Shown: positions 21,101 to 32,200 of the stretch, piece by piece | Layout: each line of letters opens with the position of its first letter | Numbering within the stretch: position 1 is the stretch's first letter | NCBI GenBank assembly: GCA_958295675.1 | Contig: OY282360.1 | Span: 261,466-325,465 of the forward strand | Origin: Minisyncoccota bacterium | GTDB taxonomy: Bacteria; Patescibacteriota; Minisyncoccia; Phycocordibacterales; JABAAK01 | Direction: 5' to 3' | Length of the DNA: 64,000 nt | Translations under genes and position numbers: made by a program | Notes under the pieces: generated by a model | Seen by the model: the letters and a program-made list of their open reading frames with translations, nothing else | Database searches by the model: none | Told to the model about the DNA's origin: nothing

Positions 21101-22270
21101 GGCAGAGGCAAAGGCGCGGTCTACCTCTTTCAAAAATCAGACACCGCATGGGCGAAGACCCTGAAAATCTCCGACAACAACGGCGGAAGTGCGGGACTCT
21201 TGGACATCAATTTGACCACTATTGACCGGTTCGGCTCCGGCGTCTCCCTTGCCGCGGACGGTACCGCACTGGCGGTGGGTGCGAGAAATGATAGCAGTAC
21301 CAAAGGCGCGGTCTACGCGTTCAGCGTATCTCCGAAACTGACCGTTTCCGCGACTGTCACCGCCGTTGACACTGAGGACAGCAGCACGATGAAATATATG
21401 AAAACCACCGGCACCGCCTGCACAGCGACACAGTTCGCGGGCGGCACGGGAACACCGTATACCGAAGGAGACGAGATTACCGTCGCCACTGAAGCGGACA
21501 ACAACAAACACTTCTGCTTCAAGTCGGAAGACGGAGCAGGGAATAGCAGTTACGGTATCTCCGCCGTCCTGAACATAGACACCACCGCCCCCGTGCTCAC
21601 CCCGATTAGAACGGGTACCGACAACACCGCCACCTACATAGTCACCGCCGCCGACAACTCACCCCTCACCGGTGTAACAAAAGACAATGTCGCCTTGGCC
21701 GACTGTACCGACACGACCACGACCGACAACACCTGGACGAGTTACACCCCCGGAGACGACATCGGCACCGCGGACGACACCAACGGCAGGTGTGTCATCA
21801 TCACGGATGCGGCAGGCAACAGCAAAGCCCAGCACCTCTTAGACAGCGACAACACGATTCGAGCTGACTTCACCCTGGACATCACCGGCAACGGCACGGC
21901 AAACTACTTAGATGCCATTGTCCACTACTACTATGCGCAGAACCCGATCGATCAGTCAGCGGGCGGTGCCGTCATGGCGAATTTCATCAATGCGAACGAC
22001 TCGCCGACGAACACAGAGAACCAGACCGACACGGCAGCTATCTACACAACGATGCAGGATTCCGCCACAACGCGTGACTTCACCGGCAACGGCACCACCA
22101 ACTACTTGGACGCCATTGTCCACTACTACTATGCGCAGAACCCGATCGATCAGTCAGCGGGCGGCGCGGTCATGGCGAATTTCATCAATGCGAACGACTC
22201 ACCGACGAACACAGAAAACCAGACCAACACGGCGGCTATCTACACGCTGCTTCAGAATTTTGATCTGTGA
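18182..22270 (+). CDS. Modular surface protein 2 (1362 aa): signal, 1 cadherin-like, variable Ig-like, 1 FG-GAP propeller, twin dockerin-like C-terminus
   Basis: Start MYITKKFFLTRCIALW chosen by paralogy; same modules as gene 1. Confidence 0.9.
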   Translation: MYITKKFFLTRCIALWVILALMVTLIPTAPYAVGQEEKKPDGGGTTDTPQETPNQQQAEAPPERVSDDDEEQEEPAEQEESEEEETPAPTLSNLTVSDTNLNEPFDAETTAYTADVAHTSETVTISATPTDDTMTVTYDPTDADTEEEGQQVNLTEGENTVTITVTAEDGVTVQTYTLTITRAAEEPSEPEDSEEEEEESVGGENEETEEEEETPEPTAEPAPEQPQPQAQQQQQVQLPDDDDTAGTQAYTAPTGALTLDLKTDSDSGSSTTDDITKNTSLTFTVSSGANFGGTDSSNASTVGMIYKNEGCSSGTAIPADGTNWGHSSNNNGFHNDLPVAWRNSATKESTGTPATSFDVTFDIAGKPWGSSSLTVPTVTDGVKCFIAAFFAGDTATVSSSNTSAGLEVTIDTTATTPSLSISSGAGSEAPVVAITNLESNGKVRLYTDSDCSASNALGSDDTSVGASTTTASITLSGRSASDTFYAKHTDVAGNTACSSSGVSNVSVLTLDLTSDTGDTTDDRTSDTTPAFTVTGETAYGGSASNEVRLYHKNTACGILPTDITTTTGLTDWTLYKTTDVSASPAVTTTTGITSDTALTTTDEHCFLAVYSSDGSAITRYGQLDVVIDTTAPTIIPRVAPSYPSGTPTKFSHAGDVAVTLDNRDFFGSATALSADGTLMAVGVLSDDDGGSDRGAVHLFEKTDATWTKTLKISDNNGGTELLDINLDNSDAFGTTVSLSADGTLLAVGADSDDDGGGGNKGAVYLFEKTSTGWAKTLKISDNANTAGLLDINLDTGDRFGSAAALSADGTALAVGAIYDDDGGRNADRGAVYLFEKTSTGWAKTLKISDNDGGTELLDINLDDDDDFGISVALSADGTALAVGAKSDDDGEAVIIRRGRGRTIYDTDTDRGAVYLFEKSDGTWAKTLKISDNDGGSAGLLDINLDVGDLFGNAVSLVADGTLLAVGAQDDDDNGRGKGAVYLFQKSDTAWAKTLKISDNNGGSAGLLDINLTTIDRFGSGVSLAADGTALAVGARNDSSTKGAVYAFSVSPKLTVSATVTAVDTEDSSTMKYMKTTGTACTATQFAGGTGTPYTEGDEITVATEADNNKHFCFKSEDGAGNSSYGISAVLNIDTTAPVLTPIRTGTDNTATYIVTAADNSPLTGVTKDNVALADCTDTTTTDNTWTSYTPGDDIGTADDTNGRCVIITDAAGNSKAQHLLDSDNTIRADFTLDITGNGTANYLDAIVHYYYAQNPIDQSAGGAVMANFINANDSPTNTENQTDTAAIYTTMQDSATTRDFTGNGTTNYLDAIVHYYYAQNPIDQSAGGAVMANFINANDSPTNTENQTNTAAIYTLLQNFDL

Positions 22271-22500
22271 GGAGATGCGAAACGGATGCACCGCGCCGCG
22301 GTAAATCAGAAGAACATTGAGCGGCTGTTGCAGAATGCTGATTGGGCTGTCTTTAACGACGATGATGTTGAGGACCGGACAAGCGACGAGGATAACCAAA
22401 GCGCAGTGAGTCCTGTCGGTGCCGAGGATCGTTGACATATACACATGATGTGTTGTTTGTACATACACACATGTTATTCTATTACCATACAATACATGAC

Positions 22501-22644
22501 ATGGAAGAGTATAGTATTTATCAGATGATAGTAGTTGGTGTGATAATAGGCGGGGCAATGGGTGTGGGCTTGCTTATCCGACGGATGAGAGCAAAAATGA
22601 TAAAAAAATTACTTACGCACTTGAGAAAGAATATACTGAGATAA
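22501..22644 (+). CDS. 47-aa single-pass membrane micro-protein (copy 2)
   Basis: MEEYSIYQMIVVGVIIGGAMGVGLLIRRMRAKMIKKLLTHLRKNILR, with conservative substitutions versus copy 1. TACAAT lies 7 nt before the ATG. Confidence 0.6.
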   Translation: MEEYSIYQMIVVGVIIGGAMGVGLLIRRMRAKMIKKLLTHLRKNILR

Positions 22645-22678
22645 TTGAACAGGTGCGCAGTGTTAAGAAAAAAAAGCA

Positions 22679-22802
22679 GTATATACAACACATTTTAAAA
22701 ATATCCTTATATTACAGCGAAAATATACACTAGGATAAACCATGCAATGATAAGTAAAATAACCTGTATATACAACACATTTTAAAAATATCCTTATATT
22801 AC
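22679..22802. repeat. Perfect 37-bp direct repeat x2 separated by 50 bp
   Basis: GTATATACAACACATTTTAAAAATATCCTTATATTAC at 22679-22715 and 22766-22802. Confidence 0.9.
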
Positions 22803-22810
22803 TACCTTGA

Positions 22811-23110
22811 TTTAGTTTATACTACTCACTACCAATTGTGACGGTGAGAAAAAAATATACAGATGTCGCGCGACAGCAAAAACATTTGAGCAACATTCGC
22901 GATCGTGTGCAGAATGCCAATGAGACATTTTTTCCGGATAAAACAGATAGACAGTACGACAGTATAGTACTGATTGATGATATGGTCGGCTCCGGTGCTT
23001 CGTTCAATCAGGTCGCGAAAAAACTTGTCAATCGGAACAGTGCGAAAGAAGTGTACGGCATCAGTATCGTCGGTGATCAAAATGGATTCAGTGCGGTGAA
23101 AAAAATATAG
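22811..23110 (+). pseudogene. 5'-truncated type I phosphoribosyltransferase (ComF-like) fragment
   Basis: QQKHLS..DRVQNA and the PRPP loop IVLIDDMVGSGASF. Only ~90-100 codons; in-frame TGA at 22808. Confidence 0.7.
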
Positions 23111-23130
23111 CACCGTCTCGGGCAGTAAGA

Positions 23131-23174
23131 TTGTCCACCTGTAATAAATAATGCGATAATATAACAAGTACACT
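23131..23174 (+). promoter_or_regulatory. Array promoter motif: TTGTCCACC ... TACACT
   Basis: Conserved upstream block. Confidence 0.6.
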
Positions 23175-23200
23175 GCCTATGTGTACAGCACAGGTATAGT

Positions 23201-26200
23201 ATGTATATACATAAAAAAATATTTCTCACACGATGTATCGCACTCTGGGTAATACTCGCGCTGATGGTAACACTCGTCCCAACCGCTCCGTATGCCGTCG
23301 GTCAGGAAGCAAAGAAACCTGATGGGGGGGGTACGACAGATACACCGCAGGAAGCACCGGAGCAACAGGCGGAAGCACCGCCGGAGCGTGTGTCGGACGG
23401 TGATGAAGAGCAGGAGGAGAGTGAGGAAGAGGAAACACCGGCACCAACACTCATCGGTCTCACGGTCTCAGGAACCGATCTTAACGAAACATTTGATTCT
23501 GCCGTAACAACCTACACCGCCGATGTGGCACATGACAGCGAAACAGTAACAATCAGCGCGACACCGATGGACGATACGGCAACTGTGGCATTTACTGATA
23601 CAACGGATGCCGACACGGAAGAAGACGGACACCAAGTCAATCTCACGGAAGGGGAAAATACGGTAACAATAACAGTAACAGCGCAGGACGGAGTAACTAC
23701 ACAAACTTACACCCTGACAGTGACCAGAGCTGCTGAAGAAGAACCTACAGAGGAAGAAGAACAAGAAGAGGCGGATGAAAACGAAGAGCAAGAGGATGAA
23801 GAAGAGACAGGAGAAGAAACACCGGCACCAACACTCAGCGGTCTCACGGTTTCGGATACCGATCTCAATGAACCGTTTGATGCGGAGACAACTGCATATA
23901 CCGCCGATGTGGCGCATGACAGCGAAACCGTCACAATCAGCGCGACATCAACAGACAACACCGCGACCGTCACCTACGATCCGACCGATGCCGACACGGA
24001 AGAAGAGGGACAGCAGGTCAATCTCACGGAAGGGGAAAACACGGTAACGATAACAGTGACGGCGGAAGACACAACACAAACCTATACACTCACCATCACC
24101 AGAGCTGCGGAAGAAGAACAAGAGGATGAAGAAGAGACAGGAGAAGAAACACCGGAGCCGACTACAGAACCGGCACTGGAACAACCACAAGCACAGCAGC
24201 AACAGCAGGTACAACTTCCCGACGATGACGATACCTCGGATACGCAGGGTGCTCCATCAGGTCCGTTGATACTGGTTTTAAAAACATCGTCCGATTCACA
24301 CCGCCACGGCACCATCACGACGGTAACGGCACTCCCCGGATCGCCGACAAGCGGCGCGGTGATTCGATTCACCGAGTCGGCGTCATCGCTGGCGAACACG
24401 GTAGACACTGACGGCAGCACCGCGAAAACAACCGCGGCGGCAAACGATATGTTCCGGTACAACGGCACCAAATGGGTCTTTATGGGAAACGGCGTCACCA
24501 CGGCGGGCATCAGTTCGGATGTTGACGGGATTACGAGCGACGACACGCCGACTTTTAATGTCAGTAATTCGGCGACATTCAATTCGAACGATGGGAGTTT
24601 AGAAGAAGCGTCGTTCCTGATGAAAAAAGATCAGGGGTGCGCGGGGCTGTCAAAACCGTCAGGGGATTATATTCCTATTACCCGTACGCAGAGGTGGTCG
24701 CATATATTCACAGAAAGATCTATGACTAATTCATATGACGCGCTCATTGGGACGCAGAATGCCGGGATGAAATGTCTCAGTGTGGGATGGGTAACACACG
24801 GGCAGAACACCAGTAACTGGAGTGAATTACTTGAGGTGACGATAGACACCGGGGCGACCACACCGACAGTCGCTATCACCTCCGGTGCCGGCACAGGCAA
24901 CCCGACGGTGCGGGTGAGCGGTCTTGAATCGGGTGGTGCGGTGGCGCAGCTGTTTAGTGACTCGGGGTGCGGCACGGCAATCAGTGGTGTGTCATCACGC
25001 ACCGGCGCGTCTGAGACCTCCAAAGACCTGACCACAACCACAATCGTCGCCGCGGGTGCGAGCATCTACGCGAAGCAGACGGATGTGGCAGGCAATGGTT
25101 CCGCGTGCAGCGACGCGGTGCTCAACGCGGTGCCATCCGCCGCGGTGAGCGGTATTGATTTAAAAACAGGCAGCGACACCGGCACACAGGACGATAGCAT
25201 CACCAGCGATACCACAGCACCGGCACTAGGGTTCACACAGGTGTCAGGCGCGACCATTACCGTCCGCTACCGCAAGGTGGGAGGGTCGTGGACAACGATA
25301 CAATCAGGAAGTATCACGGCAACAGGAGCTGCGGGTACGATAACCTTACCGAATCTCACGGCGGGTGACGGGACATACGAGGTGGAGATAACGCAGGATG
25401 ATGACGGCAACGGCGCGAGGAGTCCGACAGCGGCGACCTACATATTCACGCTGGATACCACCGCGCCGACCGTTATCGTGAGCAGCACGCCGGCACTGCC
25501 GTCAGGCACTCCGACGAAGTTCTCGCAAACCGGCGGGGTCACAATCACATTGGAGAACGAGGACAAATTCGGCACCGCTACCTCTCTCTCGGCGGACGGC
25601 ATGCTGATGGCGGTGGGGGTACCAAATGACGATGACAAGGCAGGCGACAGTAGCGGCAACGACAGGGGCGCGGTGTATCTCTTTCAAAAATCAGGTGCCA
25701 CCTGGCAGAAGATACACAAGTTCTCCGACCACACCGGCAGCGGAGTGACCGGAACCCGGTTCACCACGGCAGTGACGGATGTTAATCTGAGCAACAGTGA
25801 CCATTTCGGCTCCGGTGTCTCGCTCTCCGCGGACGGCACGCTGCTGGCGGTTGGTGCGAGAGGTGATGGCACGGGTGCGGTCTACCTTTTTAAAAAATCA
25901 AGCACCACATGGCAAAAAATACACAAGTTCTCAAATCACACTACAAGCACGGAACCGGCGGTTCGTTTCACGGCGGCGATAACGGATGTTGATATAGGGG
26001 GTAGTGGCTGGTTTGGCACCGCAGTCTCCCTCTCGGCGAGCGGTGAAGTGCTGGCGGTTGGCGCGCGCGATGACGGCTCCTCTTCTAGAGGTGCGGTCTA
26101 CCTCTTTGAAAAAACAGACGGCAGCTGGTCGCAATCACTGAAAATATCCGATAACAATGGCGGGGCGGGATTGTTGGATATCACCCTGGATGCCCGTGAC

Positions 26201-29200
26201 TACTTCGGCTCCGACGTCTCGCTCTCAGCGGACGGCGCGCTGCTGGCGGTGGGGGCAGATGGTGACGATGACGGCTCCTCTTCCAGAGGTGCGGTCTACC
26301 TTTTTGAAAAAGCGAGCGGCTCGTGGACGAAGACCCTGAAGATTTCCCAAAACGGCGGAGGGAACTCAGGGTTATTGCATATCAATCTGGACGGCTCTGA
26401 CTATTTTGGCTCCGCGGTCTCGCTTGCCGGTACGGCACTTGCGGCGAGTGCGTACAGCGACGATGACGGCGGCACCGACCGAGGCGCAATCTATCTCTTT
26501 CAAAAAACAGACGGTTCCTGGACAAAGACCCTGAAAATCTCCGACAACGGCGGCAGCGGTACCGGATTGTTGGATATCAATTTGGACAACGATGATCGCT
26601 TCGGCTCCGCGGTCGCCCTCTCCGCGGACGGCACGGTGCTGGCAGCGGGCGCGCCCGATGACGATGATGGCGGCAGCAACAGCGGCGCGGTGTACCTGTA
26701 CGGTGTCTCACCTCCGACGATCGCCTCCGCCTCAACGGTCACCGCATTTGACAGCGAGGGCAGCAGCGCGATGAAGTGGGTGAAAATCAGCGACACCACC
26801 TGCACAGCGACACAGTTCACGGGCGATGCAGGGACGGTATATACCGAGGGGAGCGCGATTGTCGTCACTGATACCGCTGATAACGGGAAGCGGTTCTGCT
26901 TCCGCGTGCAGGATGCGGCGGGGAATATCGGCTTCGGCATCTCACCCGCTGTTACCGTAAACCCCCCGGTGGCACCGCCAACAAGTGCGTTTACAACACT
27001 GAAGATTAAGTCGGATGCAGCGAACGATACCGGTTCGTCACAGGACGATAATATAACAAAAAATACATCCCCGACATTTGTCGTTGGACACACGACCGAA
27101 TTCGGCGCACCGACCGGTCAAACGAAAGCTGGTATTCAGATAGGGTGGAAAAGCGGTACATGTCCCGCGGCAGTGCCGACGCAGACCACCGCGCAGTCCA
27201 TATATTCAGCCGGAACCGGATGGAATTACTATGGAACGGGGTTGCTGAGTGTGGGAGCCAAACAAACAAGTGTAGAGGTGGGAAGGCTTGCTGGCCAGAG
27301 CGTCTTAAGTGCCGGAACTATATGTATCCTCGCGTACTATAACCCGAACACCATCAACACAGGATCTACAGTGGTAACAGCATCGTATACAATGGGGGAA
27401 ATCACTATAGACACCACGAAGCCGGTGCTGACTGTCTTCAGGATATGGCACGGCAACGCGAACACGGTTACCTTCAGAATCAACGCCACGGACGATGCAC
27501 TGCCGATCACCGGCAGGACGAAAGATAATGTCACTTCGGCGAACTGCACCGACAGCACGGACACGACCGGCGGGGGCTGGACGGACTACACACCGGGAAC
27601 GGAAACCGGCACGGCGCATGACACCAACGGGAGGTGTGTCATCATCACGGACGCGACGGGCAACAGCAAAAAACAGCACCTGTCGGACTTTACGGCCTTC
27701 ACCCCCATACCGAAAACCCCCGTCGGACTCATCGACACCTGGACAGCGACGGGGGTCACTCTGAACTGGACTGATCCGAGTGACAGTGTGGTCACCGGCT
27801 ACCAATGGCAGCAGTGTGACGGCACGGGTGCGAACTGCGGCTCATGGACGAATATATCAGGAAGCAACGCGACGACGGTATCCTATGCGTTCACTGGTCT
27901 CACGGCGAACACGGGGTACACGATGAAACTGCGGGCGACCTACGCGACCGGCAACAGTATCGCCGTCTCGGCGGTCGGCATGACGGGGACGGTGTACGAC
28001 ACTGACGGTGACGGTCTCATTGATATCAATACTATTCAAAAACTCAACGCCATCCGGTATGACCTCAACGGAGACGGGGCCCCGAAGGCAGGACAGGAAA
28101 GCAACTACACCGCGGCGTTTCCGAACGCGGCGACCCACCTCGGCTGTCCGGGACCCTGTACCGGCTATGAGTTGACGGCGGATTTGGATCTCAACGATGA
28201 GACCGCCGGCATAAGAACCGACGACACCTACTACAACAGCGGTGCGGGGTGGGAGCCGATCGGCGCGGACAGTGCCAACAACCGCTTCACCGCTATTTTC
28301 AACGGCAGAGGGTTTGTCATTGACAATCTCTTTATCAATCGGGGAAGTACCGGCACCCAGGCATTATTCGCCGCGACGGAAACCGGCGCGAAGATCACCG
28401 CGGTCGGTCTGCGCGATGTCAGTGTCACCGGTGCCAACGGCTCGGCGGCTTTGGTCGGCGCGAGCAAGACAGGCACCGTCATCAACACGAGTTTCTCCAC
28501 GGGTACCGTTGCGGGCGCATGGGGTACCGGTGGGTTAGTGGGACACAACGAAGGCACGGTAGAGGCGAGTTACAGTGCAGCCACCGTATCCGGCACAATC
28601 TCCGTCGGCGGCTTAGTCGGCAACAGCCAGAACAGCGGCGCGAGTATTAAAAACAGTTACGCCTACGGTGCGGTGACGCAGAGCGGCAGTCAGCACCTCG
28701 GCGGCTTGGTCGGACACAGTCACACCAATGCGACGATAACAGACAGTTACTGGGATACCACGGTCACCGCAGCCGCGGGCACCACCACAACCGGCGCCAC
28801 CGGCAAGACCACGACACAGCTCCAGACACCCGTTGACTATACCGGTATCTACGCGACCTGGGATGACAGTGATGTCGGAGGTACCAGCGCGAATGACACG
28901 CCGTGGAACTTCGGCGAGAGTGGCCAGTATCCGGCATTGTCCTTCGGAGGACACCGAACGGCAACGCAATGGTCTGCCGAGGCAAACCTCACCGCCTTGA
29001 CGGTGTCGGTGGGTACGCTGAGTCCGTCCTTCACCGAGTCCCTCACCGCGTACACCATGGAAGTATCGCCGACAACCGCATCACTCACGGTCACCCCGAC
29101 ACTGCACACGGCGACCTCGTCCGTCACGGTGAACGGCAACACAGTCACCTCGGGCAGTCCGTCAGCGGCAATCGCGCTCACCGCGGGTGCGGTCACTGAC

Positions 29201-32200
29201 ATCACGATTGTCGTCACAGCAACATCCGGCAGCACCAACACCTACACCATCGCGGTCACGCGACTCAAAGATTACGATGATGACGATGACGGACTCATTG
29301 ACATACGCACCCACCAGCAGTTGAATGCGGTTCGCTGGGACTTGGACGGGAACGGCACCCCCGCCTCAGGACAGGGAACGAACTACACGACTGCCTTCCC
29401 CAGTGCGAGTACCGGTATGGGCTGCAAGCTTACAGATCACGACAACGACGCGAACACCGCCGATAAACCGACCTGCACCGGCTACGAACTCAGAGCGGAC
29501 ATTGATCTGGACACGGACGAAGACGGTAAAACATGGACAGGCACCGAAGCCAGCCCCAGCGGTGACTCAGGTGATGCCTACTACAACAGCGGATCGGGAT
29601 GGGCACCGATCGGTCACCAACCGTCGACGGCATTCAGCGGTACCTTTAAAGGAAACGGCTACACTATTAAGAACCTCTTTATTAATAGAACCGCGACCTA
29701 CACCGGACTCTTCGGCTTCGTCGGCAGACCGTCAAAAAGTCATACCCGCATTGAGGGGGTAGGACTAAAGAATGCCTATGTCAAAGGAGGCGGCTCAACC
29801 GGAGCGCTGGTCGGCAGAAATGAGAAACCCGTCACGGCAAGTTGGGTGACCGGAGCGGTGCGGGGAGCCAACGGTGTCGGCGGACTGATCGGACTGAACA
29901 CGAGTACGGTCACTGCTTCCTACTCCCTCGCGTCCGTCACCGCGACAAACACCGTCGGCGGACTCATCGGACAGCAGGAGAACGGTGGTATTGTCGCCAG
30001 CTACGCGGGCGGAAAGGTAAGTACCGCGGGAGCGACGAAGGGAGGTCTGGTCGCGAGCAAGAGCGGTACTGCATACGCCACGAACAGCTACTACAACAGC
30101 GACACCACCACCCTTGCGTCCTCCGCCCTCGGCACGGCAAAGACAGACAAGGCACTCAGAACACCCACCGGCTACACGGGTATCTATCTCAACTGGAATG
30201 TGGATGTGGGCGGTACGAACGCGACGGATGATCCGTGGAGTATTGTTGCGGGCAACTACCCGGTCCTGGACTACGGCGCGGGCGCGAGTGTTACGACGCA
30301 GAGAAACGAACAGCCGGCGGTGCCTGCGAAACCGACCATTGCCCTGCAGAGCCCCACCACCACACCGCACACCGACAAAACCCCCACCTTCCGGGTGACC
30401 ACACTGACCACAGGAGCGACGATCACACTGCACACCGGCAGCGACTGCAGCGGTACAGCACTCACCACCACCCCGACAACCGTCACCGTCGCAAGCAGCG
30501 ACACCACCAAAGACATTGACTCCACCTTCGTCGTCGGTAGTTACACCATTTTCGCGAAACAAACGAAAGACAACATCCCCGTCTGCTCATCAGGCATCTC
30601 CTTTGAGATTAAAGGGAAACCCGCCGCGCCGGGGAACATAGCGATAGCCCCGGGAGACACGGAAGTCACAGTGAGTTGGGACAACCCCAACAATCCCACC
30701 ATCACGAGCTATGAATACAAACGGAAAGTGGGCACCGGTAACTATGATGCAAATTGGACAATGATCACGGGAGTGGGCGCGTCCGACACCTCGCACACCT
30801 TCACCGGTCTCACGAACGGCACCGCATATCAATACAAAATACGCGCGGTCAATGCCGCAGGCAACGGCGCGGAATCGGAGACAGCGGCGGCTACCCCGGT
30901 GGCGACCATCTCCGCGGCTCCCGCTTCACCGACCCTCGCTTCTGACAGCGGCAGTATCACACCGTACACCGGCACAGGCACCCACCGCACCCGTGACACC
31001 ACACCCACCATTGCATTCACCGCGGTCGCGAACGCCGTCACCACCGCGAAGTACCGGCAGGGAACCAGCGGCGTGTTCAGCAACACCGGCATCACCTATG
31101 TCGGCACCGGTTCAACCACCGCCCGCACCGCCACGCTTCCGACGCTCAGCACAAACGGCACCTATCAGGTGGAGATTACCCAGACAGAGAGCGGCAAGAC
31201 AGCGAAAACAGTCACCTACTCCTTTATGCTTGATACCGTGTCACCGACAGTCACCCCCGCCGTTTCAAAAACAGGACACACCCAGTCAGGCGGTACCGAC
31301 TATCTCAGCATCGGCGACACCATCACCGTCACATTCACCTTTGATGAAGATATGCCGGCGACACCGGTGCTCACGGGAAAGTTCAGGAACAATGCGACGG
31401 ACATTCCGGCATCAGGAGGCAATCATCACACGATCGCTCCGGCGCGTACCTCCGCGACGGTGCAGACCTTGAAACTCACCGTCAGAGACGCGGGACCCGA
31501 TGTCGCCGACGGTAACCTCAAATACCAACTCACCAACGGCACTGCACTCACCGACCTCGCCGGCAACGCTCTCGGCGCGCAGACCGTCACCACTATCGCG
31601 AACACGGTGATAGACACCACCAAGCCGACACTTACGGCATTCAGAGTGGGGAGCGGCAACAGTGCGACTTACAGAGTCACCGCGACAGATGCTTCGTCCG
31701 TCACCGGCAGGACGAAAGATAATGTCGCCACGGGAAGTTGCACTGACAATACAGACACGACCGGTGGGAGTTGGACGGACTACACGCCGGGAGCAGATAC
31801 CGGCACCGCCCACGACACCGCCGGCAGGTGTGTCATCATCACGGACACGGCAGGGAACAGTAAAAAACAGCATCTCTTGGACAGCACGGTCATGGCGGTC
31901 ATACCGACAGCCCCCACCGGACTCACCGGCACCTGGGGCACAGCGGGTATCACCCTGAACTGGACTGATCCGAGCGAAAGCAGCATCACCAAGTATCAAT
32001 ACCAACAGTGTGACAGTGCCGGGGTCACCTGCGGCTCGTGGACTGATATACCAAGCAGCGGTGCCACCACCGTCACGCATCCCATCACCGGTCTCACGGC
32101 GAACACGGGATACTCGTTCAAACTCAGAGCGGTCAATGCGAACGGCGACGGTACCGCCGCCTCCATAACCGGCACCACGGGCACCATCTACGACACGGAC

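Noticed and set aside
22679-22802. Calling a CRISPR feature
   Set aside because: Only two repeats, a 50-bp spacer and no cas or leader evidence; kept as a repeat and a low-ranked finding.
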